DNA from: Azolla caroliniana
Lineage: Eukaryota > Plantae > Polypodiophyta
Length of the DNA stretch: 64,000 nucleotides
Reading direction: 5' to 3'
Assembly: GCA_043228905.1 (NCBI GenBank)
Contig: JBHGNT010000015.1
Coordinates: forward strand, 1 to 64,000
The number at the start of each line of letters is the position of its first letter. The first letter of the stretch is position 1. The notes below the pieces were generated by a model. The model searched no databases and was not told where the DNA came from. It saw only the letters and a list, made by a program, of their open reading frames with translations. Made by a program: the position numbers and the translations under genes. This document shows, piece by piece, positions 1-15,000 of this stretch.

Positions 1-3000
1 GGGGTCTTCTCCACTACCTTCTCCAATTTGCTAATTTCGTCATGTCTCTAGACCTGTATTTCAAAATTATAATTTTTCAATTCAATATCATAGCTAGCTT
101 TGCTAGCTTCTATTCTCATGTTTGAACACAAAAATCCGAGATCACACGAGCCAGGTATGAACATTTTAATTTCTGACGCGCTCTTCTCAACTCCTTCCTC
201 AAATTTGCTACTTTCTTCATGTCTCTGGACCTGAGTTTCAAAGTCTTCATTTTTTAATTCCATATCATAGCTAGTGTTGTTAGCTTCGATTCGCATGTTT
301 GAACATAAAAATCTGATATCACACGAGCCAGGTATGAACATTTTAATTTACTCACGGGGTGTTCTCAACTCCTTCCTCAAGTTTGCTAATTTCTTCATGT
401 CTGTCGACCTGAGTTTCAAAATCTCGATTTTTTAATTCTATATCATAGCTAGCGTTGTTAGCTTCGATTCGCATGTTTGAACACAAAAATCCGATATCAC
501 ACGTGCCAGGTATGAACACCTGTATTTCAAAATTATAATTTTGCAATTCAATATCATAGCTAGCGTTGCTAGCTTCGATTCTCATGTTTGAACAGAAAAA
601 TCCGATATCACACGAGCCAGCTATAAACGTTTTAATTTACTCACCGGGTTTTCTCAACTCCTTCCTCATCTATGCTAATTTCTTGATTTTTTAATTCTAT
701 ATCATAGCTAGCGTTGTTAGCTTCGATTCGCATGTTTGAACACAAAAATCTGATATCCCACAAGCCAGGCATGAACATTTTAATTTACTCACGGGGTCTT
801 GTCCACTACCTCCTCAAATTTGCTAATTTTGTCATGTCTCTCGACCTATGTTTCAAAATTATAAATTTTCAATTCAATATCATAGCTGGTGTTGTTAGCT
901 TTGATTCGCATTCTTGAACACAATTATCCGATATCCCACAAGCCAGGTATGAACATTTTAATTTACTCACGGTGTCTTCTCCACTACCTTCTCAAATTTG
1001 CTAATTTCTTCATGTCTTTCGACCTGAGTTTCAAAATCTTGATTTTTTAATTCCATATCATAGCTAGTGTTGTTACCTTCGATTCGCATGTTTGAACACA
1101 AAAATCCAAGATCACACGAGCCAGGTATGAACATTTTAATTTACTAATGCGCTCTTCTCCAATACCTCCTCAAATTTGCTAATTTCTTCATATCTCTCGA
1201 CCTATGTTTCAAAATTATAGTTTTTCAATTCTATATCATAACTAGCGTTCTTAGCTTCAATTCGCAAGTTTGAACACAAAACTCCGATATCACACGAGCC
1301 AGGTATAAGCATTTTATTTTACTGACACGCTCTTCTCAACTCCTTCCTCAAATTTGCTAATTTCTTCATGTCTCTGGACTTGAGTTTCAAAGTCTTTATT
1401 TTTTAATTCTATATCATAGCTAGCGCTGTTAGCTTCGATTCGCATTCTTGAACACAAAAATCCGATATCCCACAAGCCAGGTATGAACATTTTAATTTAC
1501 TCACGGGGTCTTCTCCACTACCTTCTCAAATTTGCTAATTTCTTCATGTCTCTCGACCTGAGTTTCAAAATCTTGATTTTTTAATTCCATATCATAGATA
1601 GTGTTGTTACCTTCGATTCGCATGTTTGAACACAAAAATCTAATATCACACGAGCCAGGTATGAACATTTTAATTTACTAACGCGCTCTTCTCCAATACC
1701 TCCTCAAATTTGCTAATTTCTTCATGTCTCTTGACCTGTGTTTCAAAATTATAATGTTTCAATTCTATATCATAACTAGCGTTCTTAGCTTCAATTCGCA
1801 TGTTTGAACACAAAAATCCGATATCACACGACCCAGGTCTGAGCATTTTAATTTACTCACGCGCTCTTCTCAACTCCTTCCTAAAATTTGCAAATTTCTT
1901 CATGTCTCTGAACCTGAGTTACAAATTCTAGATTTTTTAATTCTATATCATAGCTAGCGTTGTGAGCTTCGATTCGCATTTTTGAACACGCAAATCCGAT
2001 ATCCCACAAGCCAGGTATGAACATTTTAATTTACTCACGGGGTCTTCTCCACTACCTTCTCAAATTTGCTAATTTCTTTATGTCTCTCGACCTGAGTTTC
2101 AAAATCTTGATTTTTTAATTCCATATCATAGCTAGTGTTGTTAGCTTCGATTCGCATGTTTGAACATAAAAATCTGATATCACACGAGCCAGGTTTGAAC
2201 ATTTTAATTTACTCACGGGGTGTTCTCAACTCCTTCCTCAAGTTTGCTAATTTCTTCATGTCTGTCGACCTGAGTTTCAAAATCTTGATTTTTTAATTCT
2301 ATATCATAGCTAGCGTTGTTAGCTTCGATTCACATGTTTGAACACAAAAATCCGATATCACACGTGCCAGGTATGAACATTTTAATTTACTCACGGGGTC
2401 TTCTCCACTACCTCCTCCAATTTGCTAATTTCGTCATGTCTCTAGACCTGTATTTCAAAATTATAATTTTTCAATTCAATATCATAGCTAGCGTTGCTAG
2501 CTTCGATTCTCATGTTTGCACACAAAAATCCAATATCACACGAGCCAGGTATGAACATTTTAATTTACTAACGCGCTCTTCTCCAATACCTCCTCAAATT
2601 TGCTAATTTCTTCATGTCTCTTGACCTGTGTTTCAAAATTATAATTTTTCAATTCTATATCATAACTAGCATTCTTAGCTTCGATTCACATGTTTGAACA
2701 CAAAAATTCGATATCACACGACCCAGGTATGAGCATTTTAATTTACTCACGCGCTGTTCTTCATGTCTCTGGACCTGAGTTACAAAGTCTTGATTTTTTA
2801 ATTCTATATCATAGCTAGCGTTGTTAGCTTCGATTCGCATTTTTGAACACAAAATTCCGATTTCCCACAAGCCAGGTATGAACATTTTAATTTACTCACC
2901 GGGTATTCTCCTCTACCTTCTCAAATTTGCTAATTTCTTTATGTCTCTCGACTTGAGTTTCAAAATCTTGATTTTTTAATTCCATATAATAGCTAGTGTT

Positions 3001-6000
3001 GTTAGCTTCGATTCGCATGTTTGAACACAAAAATCTCAAATCACACGAGCCAGGTATGAACATTTTAGTTTACTAACGTGCTCTTCTCCAATACCTCCTC
3101 AAATTTGCTAATTTCTTCATGTCTCTCGACCTGTGTTTCCAAATTATTATTTTTCAATTCTATATCATAACTTGCGTTCTTAGCTTCGATTCTTATGTTT
3201 GAACACAAAAATCCGATATCACACGAGCCAGGTATGAACATTTTAATTTACTAACGCGCTCTTCTCAACTCCTTCCTCAAATTTGCTAATTTCTTCATGT
3301 CTCTGGACCTGAGTTACAAAGTCTTGATTTTTTAATTTTATATCATAGCTAGCGTTGTTAGCTTCGATTCGCATTTTTGAACAATAAATTCCGATTTCCC
3401 ACAACCCAGGTATGAACATTTTAATTTACTCACCGGGTCTTCTCCTCTACCTTCTCAAATTTGCTAATTTCTTTATGTCTCTCGACCTGAGTTTCAAAAT
3501 CTTGATTTTTTAATTTCATATCATAGCTAATTTTGTTACCTTCGATTCGCATGTTTGAACACAAATATCTCAAATCACACGAGCCAGGTATGAACATTTT
3601 AATTTACTAACGCGCTCTTCTCCAATACCTCCTCAAATTTGCTAATTTCTTCATATCTCTCGATTCGCATGTTTGAACACAAAAATACGATATCACACGA
3701 GCCAGCTATGAACATTTTAATTTACTCACCGGGTCTTCGCAACTCCTTCCTCATCTTTGCTAATTTCTTCATATCTCTCGACCTGAGTTTCAAAATCATA
3801 ATTTTTTAATTCTATATCATAGCTAGCGTTGTTAGCTTCGATTCGCATGTTTGAACACAAAAATCTGATATCCCACAAGCCAGGCATGATCATTTTAATT
3901 TACTCATGGGGTCTTCTCCACTACCTTCTAAAATTTGCTAATTTCTTCATGTCTGTCGAACTGAGTTTCTATATGGTAGCTAGCGTTGTTAGCTTCCATT
4001 CGCATGTTTGAACACAAAAATCCGATATCACACATGCCAGGTATGAACATTTTAATTTACTGACGCGCTCTTCTCAACTCCTTCCTCAAATTTGCTAATT
4101 TCTTCATGTCTCTAGACCTGAGTTTCAAAGTCTTGATTTTTTAATTCCATATCATAGCTAGCGTTGTTAGCTTCGATATGCATGTTTCAACACAAAAATC
4201 CGATATCGCACGAGCCAGGTATGAACATTTTAATTTACTCACGGGCTCTTCTCCACTACCTCCTCCAATTTGCTAATTTCGTCATGTCACTAGACCTCCT
4301 AAAAATTTGCTAATTTTTTCATGTCTCTCGACCTGTGTTTCAAAATTATAATTTTTCAATTCTATATCATAACTAGCGTTCTTAGCTTCGATTCGCATGT
4401 TTGAACACAAAAATCCGATATCACACAAGCCAGGTATGAGCATTTTAATTTACTGACACGCTCTTCTGAACTCCTTTCTCAAATTTGTTAATTTCTTCAT
4501 GTCTCTGGATCTGAGTTTCAAAGTCTTGATTTTTTAATTCTATATCATAGCTAGCGCTGTTAGATTCGATTCGCATCTTTGAACACAAAAATCCGATATC
4601 CCACAAGCCAGGTATGAACATTTTAATTTACTCACGGGGTCTTCTCCACTACTTTCTCAAATTTGCTAATTTCTTCATGTCTCTCGACCTGAGTTTCAAA
4701 ATCTTGATTTTTTAATTCCATATCATAGATAGTGTTGTTACCTTCGATTCACATGTTTGAACACAAAAATCCGATTTCACACGACCCAGGTATGAGCATT
4801 TTAATTTACTAACGCGCTCTTCTCAACTCCTTCCTAAAATTTGCAAATTTCTTCATGTCTCTGGACCTGAGTTACAAAGTCTAGATTTTTTAATTCTATA
4901 TCATAGCTAGCGTTGTTAGCTTCGATTCGCATTTTTGAACACAAAATTCCGATATCCCACAAGCCAGGTATGAACATTTTTATTTACTCACCGGGTCTTC
5001 TCCACTACCTCCTCCAATTTGCTAATTTCGTCATGTCTCTAGACCTGTATTTCAAAATTATAATTTTTCAATTCAATATCATAGCTAGCGTTGCTAGCTT
5101 CGATTCTCATGTTTGCACACAAAAATCCAATATCACACGAGCCAGGTATGAACATTTTAATTTACTAACGCGCTCTTCTCCAATACCTCCTCAAATTTGC
5201 TAATTTCTTCATGTCTCTTGACCTGTGTTTCAAAATTATAATTTTTCAATTCTATATCATAACTAGCATTCTTAGCTTCGATTCACATGTTTGAACACAA
5301 AAATTCGATATCACACGACCCAGGTATGAGCATTTTAATTTACTCACGCGCTGTTCTTCATGTCTCTGGACCTGAGTTACAAAGTCTTGATTTTTTAATT
5401 CTATATCATAGCTAGCGTTGTTAGCTTCGATTCGCATTTTTGAACACAAAATTCCGATTTCCCACAAGCCAGGTATGAACATTTTAATTTACTCACCGGG
5501 TATTCTCCTCTACCTTCTCAAATTTGCTAATTTCTTTATGTCTCTCGACTTGAGTTTCAAAATCTTGATTTTTTAATTCCATATAATAGCTAGTGTTGTT
5601 AGCTTCGATTCGCATGTTTGAACACAAAAATCTCAAATCACACGAGCCAGGTATGAACATTTTAGTTTACTAACGTGCTCTTCTCCAATACCTCCTCAAA
5701 TTTGCTAATTTCTTCATGTCTCTCGACCTGTGTTTCCAAATTATTATTTTTCAATTCTATATCATAACTTGCGTTCTTAGCTTCGATTCTTATGTTTGAA
5801 CACAAAAATCCGATATCACACGAGCCAGGTATGAACATTTTAATTTACTAACACGCTCTTCTCAACTCCTTCCTCAAATTTGCTAATTTCTTCATGTCTC
5901 TGGACCTGAGTTACAAAGTCTTGATTTTTTAATTTTATATCATAGCTAGCGTTGTTAGCTTCGATTCGCATTTTTGAACAATAAATTCCGATTTCCCACA

Positions 6001-9000
6001 ACCCAGGTATGAACATTTTAATTTACTCACCGGGTCTTCTCCTCTACCTTCTCAAATTTGCTAATTTCTTTATGTCTCTCGACCTGAGTTTCAAAATCTT
6101 GATTTTTTAATTTCATATCATAGCTAATTTTGTTACCTTCGATTCGCATGTTTGAACACAAATATCTCAAATCACACGAGCCAGGTATGAACATTTTAAT
6201 TTACTAACGCGCTCTTCTCCAATACCTCCTCAAATTTGCTAATTTCTTCATATCTCTCGACCTATGTTTCAAAATTATTATTTTTCAATTCTATATCATA
6301 ACTAGCGTTCTTAGCTTCGATTCGCAAGTTTGAACATAAAAATCCGATATCACACGACCCAAGTATGAGCATTTTAATTTACTGACACGCTCTTCTCAAC
6401 TCCTTCCTCAAATTTGCTAATTTCTTCATGTCTCTGGACCTGAGTTACAAAGTCTGGATTTTTTAATTCTATATCATAGCTAGCGTTGTTAGCTTCGATT
6501 CGCATTTTTGAACACAAAATTCCGATTTCCCACAAGCCAGGTATGAACATTTTAATTTACTCACCGGGTATTATCCTCTACCTTCTCAAATTTGCTAATT
6601 TCTTTATGTCTCTCGACCTGAGTTTCAAAATCTTGATTTTTTAATTTCATATCATAACTAGTTTTGTTACCTTCGATTCGCATGTTTGAACACAAATATT
6701 TCAAATCACACTAGCCAGGTATGAACATTTTAATTTACTAACGCGCTCTTCTCCAATACCTCCTTAAATTTGCTAATTTCTTCATATCTCTCGACCTATG
6801 TTTCAAAATTATTATTTTTCAATTCTATATCATAACTAGCGTTCTTAGCTTCGATTCGCAAGTTTGAACATAAAAATCCGATATCACACGACCCAGGTAT
6901 GAGCATTTTAATTTACTGACACGCTCTTCTCAACTCCTTCCTCAAATTTGCTAATTTCTTCATGTCTCTGGACCTGAGTTTCAAAGTCTTGATTTTTTAA
7001 TTCTATATCATAGCTAGCGCTGTTAGCTTCGATTCGCATTTTTGAACACAAATATCCGATATCCCACAAGCCAGGTATGAACATTTTAATTTACTCACGG
7101 GGTCTTGTCCACTACCTTCTCAAATTTGCTAATTTCTTCATGTCTCTCGACCTGAGTTTCAAAATATTGATTTTTTAATTCCATATCATAGATAGTGTTG
7201 TTACCTTCGATTCGCATGTTTGAACACAAAAATCCAATATCACACGAGCCAGGTATGAACATTTTAATTTACTAACGCGCTCTTCTCCAATACCTCCTCA
7301 AATTTGCTAATTTCTTCATGTCTCTTGACCTGTGTTTCAAAATTATAATTTTTCAATTCTATATCATAACTAGCGTTCTTAGCTTCGATTCGCATGTTTG
7401 AACACAAAAATCCGATATCACAAAAATCCGATTCGCATTTTAATTTACTGACACGCTCTTCTGAACTCCTTCCTCAAATTTGTTAATTTCTTCATGTCTC
7501 TGGATCTGAGTTTCAAAGTCTTGATTTTAATTTACTCACGGGGTGTTCTCAACTCCTTCCTAAAATTTGCAGATTTCTTCATGTCTCTGGACCTGAGTTA
7601 CAAAGTCTTGATTTTTTAATTCTATATCATAGCTAGCGTTGTTAGCTTCGATTCTCATTTTTTAACACAAAAATCCGATATCCCACAAGCCAGGTATGAA
7701 CATTTTAATTTACTCACGGGGTCTTCTCCACAACCTTCTCAAATTTGCTAATTTCTTTATGTCTCTCGACCTGAATTTCAAAATCTTGATTTTTTAATTG
7801 CATATCATAGCTAGTGTTGTTAGCTTCGATTCGCATGTTTGAACACAAAAATCTCAAATCACACGAGCCAGGTATAAACATTTTAATTTACTAACGCGCT
7901 CTTCTCCAATACCTCCTAAAAATTTGCTAATTTCTTCATGTCTGTCGACCTGTGTTTCAAAATTATAATTTTTCAATTCTATATCATAACTAGCGTTCTT
8001 AGCTTCGATTCGCATGTTTGAACACAAAAATCCGATATCACACGACACAGGTATGAGCATTTTAATTTACTGTCACGCTCTTCTAAACTCCTTCCTCAAA
8101 TTTGCTAATTTCTTCATGTCTCTGGACCTGAGTTTCAAAGTCTTGATTTTTTAGTTCTATATCATAGCTAGCGCTGTTAGCTTCGATTCGCATTTTTGAA
8201 CACTAAAATCCGATATCCCACAAGCCAGATATGAACATTTTAATTTACTCACGGGGTCTTCTCCACTACCTTCTCAAATTTGCTAATTTCTTCATGTCTC
8301 TCGACCTGAGTTTCAAAATCTTCATTTTTTAATTCCATATCATAGATAGTGTTGTTACCTTCGATTCGCATGTTTGAACACAAAAATCCGATTTCACACG
8401 ACCCAGGTATGAGCATTTTAATTTACTAACGCGCTCTTCTCAACTCCTTCCTAAAATTTGCAAATTTCTTGATGTCTCTGGACCTGAGTTACAAAGTCTT
8501 GATTTTTTAATTCTATATCATAGCTAGCGTTGTTCGCTTCGATTCGCATTTTTGAACACAAGAATCTGATATCCCACAAGCCAGGTATGAACATTTTAAT
8601 TTACTCACGGGGTCTTCTCCACTACCTTCTCAAATTTGCTAATTTCTTCATGTCTCTCGACCTGAGTTTCAAAATCTTGATTTTTTAATTCCATATCATA
8701 GATAGTGTTGTTACCTTCGATTCGCATGTTTGAACACAAAAATCCAATATCACACGAGCCAGGTATGAACATTTTAATTTACTAACGCACTCTTCTCCAA
8801 TACCTCCTCAAATTTGCTAATTTCTTCATGTCTCTCGACCTGTGTTTCAAAATTATAGTTTTTCAATTCGATATCATAACTAGCGTTCTTAGGTTCGATT
8901 CGCATGTTTGAACACAAAAATCTGATATCACACGACCCAGGTATGAGCATTTTAATTTACTAACGCGCTCTTCTCAACTCCTTCCTAAAATTTGCAAATT

Positions 9001-12000
9001 TCTTCATGTCTCTGGACCTGAGTTACAAAGTCTAGCGTTGTTAGCTTCCATATGGTAACTAGCGTTGTTAGCTAGCGTTGTTAGCTTCCATTCGCATGTT
9101 TGTACACAAAAATCCGATATCACACGTGCCAGGTATGAACATTTTAATTTACTGACGCGCTCTTCTCAACTCCTTCCTCAAATTTGCTAATTTCTTAATG
9201 TCTCTAGACCTGATTTTCAAAGTGTTGATTTTCTAATTCCATATCATAGCTAGCGTTGTTAGCTTCGATTCGCATTTTTGAACACAAAAATCCGATATCA
9301 CACAAGCCAGGTATGAGCATTTTAATTTACTGACATGCTCTTCTGAACTCCTTCCTCAAATTTGCTAATTTCTTCATGTCTCTGGATCTGAGTTTCAAAG
9401 TCTTGATTTTTTAATTCTATATCATAGCTAGCGCTGTTAGCTTCGATTCACATTTTTGAACACAGAAATCCGATATCCCACAAGCCAGGTATGAACAATT
9501 TAGTTTACTCACGGGGTCTTCTCCACTACCTTCTCAAATTTGCTAATTTCTTCATGTCTCTCGACCGGAGTTTCAAAATCTTGATTTTCTAATTCCATAT
9601 CATAGATAGTGTTGTTACCTTCGATTCGCATGTTTGAACACAAAAATCCGATTTCACATGACCCAGGTATGAGCATTTTAATTTACTAACGCGCTCTTCT
9701 CAACTCCTTCCTAAAATTTGCAAATTTCTTCATGTCTCTGGACCTGAGTTACAAAGTCTAGATTTTTTAATTCTATATCATAGCTAGCGTTGTTAGCTTC
9801 GATTCACATTTTTAAACACAAGAATCCGATATCCCACAAACCAGGTATGAACATTTTAATTTACTCACGGGGTCTTCTCCACTACCTTCTAAAATTTGCT
9901 AATTTCTTCATGTCTCTCGACCTGACTTTCAAAATCTTGATTTTTTAATTCCATATCATAGATAGTGTTGTTACCTTCGATTCGCATGTTTGAACACAAA
10001 AATCCAATATCACACGAGCCAGGTATGAACATTTTAATTTACTAACGCGCTCTTCTCCAATACCTCCTCAAATTTGCTAATTTCTTCATGTCTCTCGACC
10101 TGTGTTTCAAAATTATAATTTTTCAATTCGATATCATAACTAGCGTTCTTAGGTTCGATTCGCATGTTTGAACACAAAAATCCGATATCACATGACCCAG
10201 GTATGAGCATTTTAATTTACTAACGCGCTCTTCTCAACTCCTTCCTAAAATTTGCAAATTTCTTCATTTCTCTGGACCTGAGTTACAAAGTCTTCATTTT
10301 TTAATTCTATATCATAGCTAGCGCTGTTAGCTTCGATTCGCATTTTTGAACACAAAATTCTGATATCCCACAAGCCAGGTATGAACATTTTAATTTACTC
10401 ACCCGGTCTTCTCGTCTACCTTCTTAAATTTGCTAATTTCTTTATGTCTCTCGACCTGAGTTTCAAAATCTTGATTTTTTAATTCCATATCATAGATAGT
10501 GTTGTTACCTTCGATTCGCATGTTTGAACACAAAAATCCAATATCACACGAGCCAGGTATGAACATTTTAATTTACTAACGCGCTCTTCTCCAATACCTC
10601 CTCAAATTTGCTAATTTCTTCATGTCTCTCGACCTGTGTTTCAAAATTATTATTTTTCAATTCTGTATCATAACTAGCGTTCTTAGCTTAGATTCGCAAG
10701 TTTGAACACAAAAATCCGATATCACACGACCCAGGTATGAGCATTTTAATTTACTGACACGCTCTTCTCAACTCCCTCCTCAAATTTGCTAATTTCTTCA
10801 TGTCTCTGGACCTGAGTTTCAAAGTCTTGATTTTTTAATTCTATATCATAACTAGCGCTGTTAGATTCGATTCGCATTTTTGAACACCAAAATCCGATAT
10901 CCCACAAGCCAGGTATGAACATTTTAATTTACTCACGGGGTCTTCTCCACTACCTTCTCAAATTTGCTAATTTTTTCATGTCTGTCGACCTGAGTTTCAA
11001 AACCTTGATTTTTTAATTCTATATGGTAACTAGCGTTGTTAGCTTCCATTCGCATGTTTGTACACAAAAATCCGATATCACACGTGCCAGGTATGAACAT
11101 TTTAATTTACTGACGTGCTCTTCTCAACTCCTTCCTCAAATTTGCTAATTTCTTCATGTCTCTAGACCTGAGTTTCAAAATGTTGATTTTCTAATTCCAA
11201 ATCATAGCTAGCGTTGTTAGCTTCGATCCGCATTTTTGAACACAAAATTCCGATATCCCATAAGCCAGGTATGAACATTTTAATTTACTCACGGGGTCTT
11301 CTCCACTACCTTCTCAATTTTGCTAATTTCTTTATGTCTCTCGACTTGAGTTTCAAAATCTTGATTTTTTAATTCCATATAATAGCTAGTGTTGTTAGCT
11401 TCGATTCGCATGTTTGAACACAAAAATCTCAAATCACACGAGCCAGGTATGAACATTTTAGTTTACTAACGTGCTCTTCTCCAATACCTCCTCAAATTTG
11501 CTAATTTCTTCATGTCTCTCGACCTGTGTTTCCAAATTATTATTTTTCAATTCTATATCATAACTTGCGTTCTTAGCTTCGATTCTTATGTTTGAACACA
11601 AAAATCCGATATCACACGAGCCAGGTATGAACATTTTAATTTACTAACGCGCTCTTCTCAACTCCTTCCTCAAATTTGCTAATTTCTTCATGTCTCTGGA
11701 CCTTAGTTTCAAAGTCTTGATTTTTTAATTCTATATCATAGCTAGTGTTGTTAGCTTCGATTCGTATGTTTGAACATAAAAATCTGATATCACACGAGCC
11801 AGGTATGAACATTTTAACTTACTCACGGGGTGTTCTCAACTCCTTCCTCAAGATTGCTAATTTCTTCATGTCTGTCGACCTGAGTTTCAAAATCTTGATT
11901 TTTTAATTCTATATCATAGCTAGCGTTCTTAGTTTCGATTCGCATGTTTGAACACAAAAATCCGATATCACACGAGCCAGGTATTAACATTTTAAATTAC

Positions 12001-15000
12001 TCACGCGGTCTTCTCAACTCCTTCCTCAAATTTGCTAATTTCTTCATGTCTCTCGGCCTGAATTTCAAAATCTTCATTTTTTAATTCGATATCATAGCTA
12101 GCGTTGTTACCTTCGATTCCGATGTTTGAACACAAAAATCCGACATCATACGAGCCAGGTATGAGCATTTTAATTTACTCACGGGGTCTTCTCCACTACC
12201 TTCTCAAATTTGCTAATTTCGTCATGTCTCTAGACCGGTGTTTCAAAATGATAATCTCTTCATGTCTCTCGACCTGAGTTTGACAATCTTGATTTTTTGA
12301 TTCCATATCATAGCTAGCATTGTTAGCTTCGATTCGCATTTTTGAACACAAAATTTCGATATCACAAAAGCCAGGTATAAACATATTAATTTACTCACGG
12401 GGTCTTCTCCACTACCTATTCAAATTTGCTAACTTCGTCAAGTCTCTAGACCGGTGTTTGAAAATGATAATTTTTCAATTCAATATCATAGCTAGCGTTG
12501 TTAGCTTCGATTCGCATGTTTGAACACAAATATCCGATATCACACGAGCCAGGTATGAACATTCTAATTTACTCATGGGGTCTTCTCCACTACCTTCTCA
12601 AATTTGCTAATTTCTTCATGTCTCTCGACCTGAGTTTCAAAATCATGATTTTTTAATTGTATATCATAGCTAGCGTTGTTAGCTTCGAATCGCATGTTTG
12701 AACACGAAAATCCGATATCGCACAAGCCAGGAATGAACATTTTAATTTACTCACGGGGTCTTCTCCACTACCTTCTCAATTTTTCTAATTTCGTCATGTT
12801 TCTAGACCGGTGTTTCAAAATGATAATTTTTCAATTCCATATCATAGCTAGCGTTGTTAGCTTCGATTCGCATGTTTGAACACGAAAATCGATATCACAC
12901 GTGCCAGGTATGAACATTTTAATTTACTCACGGGGTCTACTCCACTACCTCCTCCAATTTGCTAATTTCATCATGTCTCTAGACCTGGATTTCAAAATTA
13001 TAATTTTTCAATGCAATATCATAGCTAGCGTTGCTAGCTTCGATTCTCATGTTTGAAAACAAAAATCCGATATCACACGAGCCAGCTATGAACATTTTAA
13101 TTTACTCACCGGGTCTTCTCAACTCCTTCCTCATCTTTGCTAATTTCTTAATATCTCTCGACCTCAGTTTCGAAATCTTGATTTTTTAATTCTATATCAT
13201 AGCTAGCGTTGTTAGCTTCGAATCGCATTTTTGAACACAAAAATCCGATATCCCACAAGCCAGGCATGAACATTTTAATTTACTCACAGGGTCTTGTTCA
13301 CTACCTCCTCAAATTTGCTAATTTTGTCATGTCTCTCGACCTATATTTCAAAATTATAAATTTTCTTCGATTCTCATGTTTGAACACAAAAATCCGATAT
13401 CACAAAAGCCAGGTATAAACATATTAATTTACTCACGGGGTCTTCTCCACTACCTATTCAAATTTGCTAACTTCGTCAAATCTCTAGACCAGTGTATAAA
13501 AATGATAATTTTTCAATTCAATATCATAGCTAGCGTTGTTAGCTTCGATTCGCATGTTTGAACACAAACATTCGATATCACACGAGCCAAGTATGAACAT
13601 TTTAAATTACTGACGGGGTCTTATTTCCTCATGTCTCTCGACCTGAGTTTCAAAATCTTGATTTTTTAATTCTGTATCATGGCTAGAGTTGTTAGCTTCG
13701 ATTCGCATTTTTGAACACAAAAATCCGATCTCCCACAAGCCAGGTATGAACATTCTAATTTACTCATGGGGTCTTCTCCACTACCTTCTCAAATATCCTA
13801 ATTACTTCATATCTCTCGACCTGAGTTTCAAAATCTTGATTTTTTAATTACTATATCATAGCTAGCGTTGTTAGCTTCAATTCACATTTTTGAACACAAA
13901 AATCCGATATCCCACAAGCCAGGCATGAACATTTTAATTTACTCATGGGGTCTTCTCCACTACCTTCTCAAATTTCCTAATTTCTTCATGTCTCTAAACC
14001 TGAGTTTCAAAATCTTGATTTTTTAATTCTATATCATAGGGAGCGTTGTTAGCTTCGATTCGCATGTTTGGACACGAAAATCCGATATCACACGTGCCAG
14101 GTATGAACATTTTAATTTACTCACGGGGTCTTCTCCACTACCTCCTCCAATTTGCTATTTTCGTCATGTCTCTAGACCTGTATTTCAAAATTATAATTTT
14201 CCAATTCAATATCATAGCTAGCGTTGCTAGCTTCGATTCTAATGTTTGAATACAAAAATCCAATATCACACGAGCCAGCTAATTTACTCACGGGGTCTTG
14301 TCCACAACCTTCTCAAATTTGCTAATTTGTTCATGTCTCTCGACTTGAGTTTCAAAATCTTGATTTTTTAATTCCATATCATAGCTAGTGTTGTTAGCTT
14401 CGATTCGCATGTTTGAACATAAAAATCTGATATCACACGAGCCAGGTATGAACATTTTAATTTACTCACGGGGTTTTCTCAACTCCTTCCTCAAGTTTGC
14501 TAATTTCTTCATGTCTGTCGACCTGAGTTTTAAAATTATAAATTTTCAATTCAATATCATAGCTAGCGTTGCTAGCTTCGATTCTCATGTTTGAACACAA
14601 AAATCCGATATCACACGAGCCAGCTATGAACATTTTAATTTACTCACCGGGTCTTCTCACCTCCTTCCTCATCTTTGCTAATTTGTTAATATCGCTCGAC
14701 CTAAGTTTCGAAATCTGGATTTTTTAATTCTATATCATAGCTAGTGTTGTTTGCTTCGATTCGCATTTTTGAACACAAAAATCCGATATCCCACAAGCCA
14801 GGCATGAACATTTTAATATTCTTAACTCCTTCCTCAAGTTTGCTAATTTCTTCATGTCTGTCGACCTGAGTTTCAAAATTATAATTTTTCAATTCAATAT
14901 CGTACTTAGCGTTGCTAGCTTCGATTCTCATGTTTGAACACAAAAATCCGATATCACACGAGCCAGCTATGAACATTTTAATTTACTCACCGGGTCTTCT

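Noticed and set aside
8890-8905. B-box-like GGTTCGATTC in the satellite
   Set aside because: Only rare variants have the G (consensus GCTTCGATTC), and there is no A-box at the right distance.
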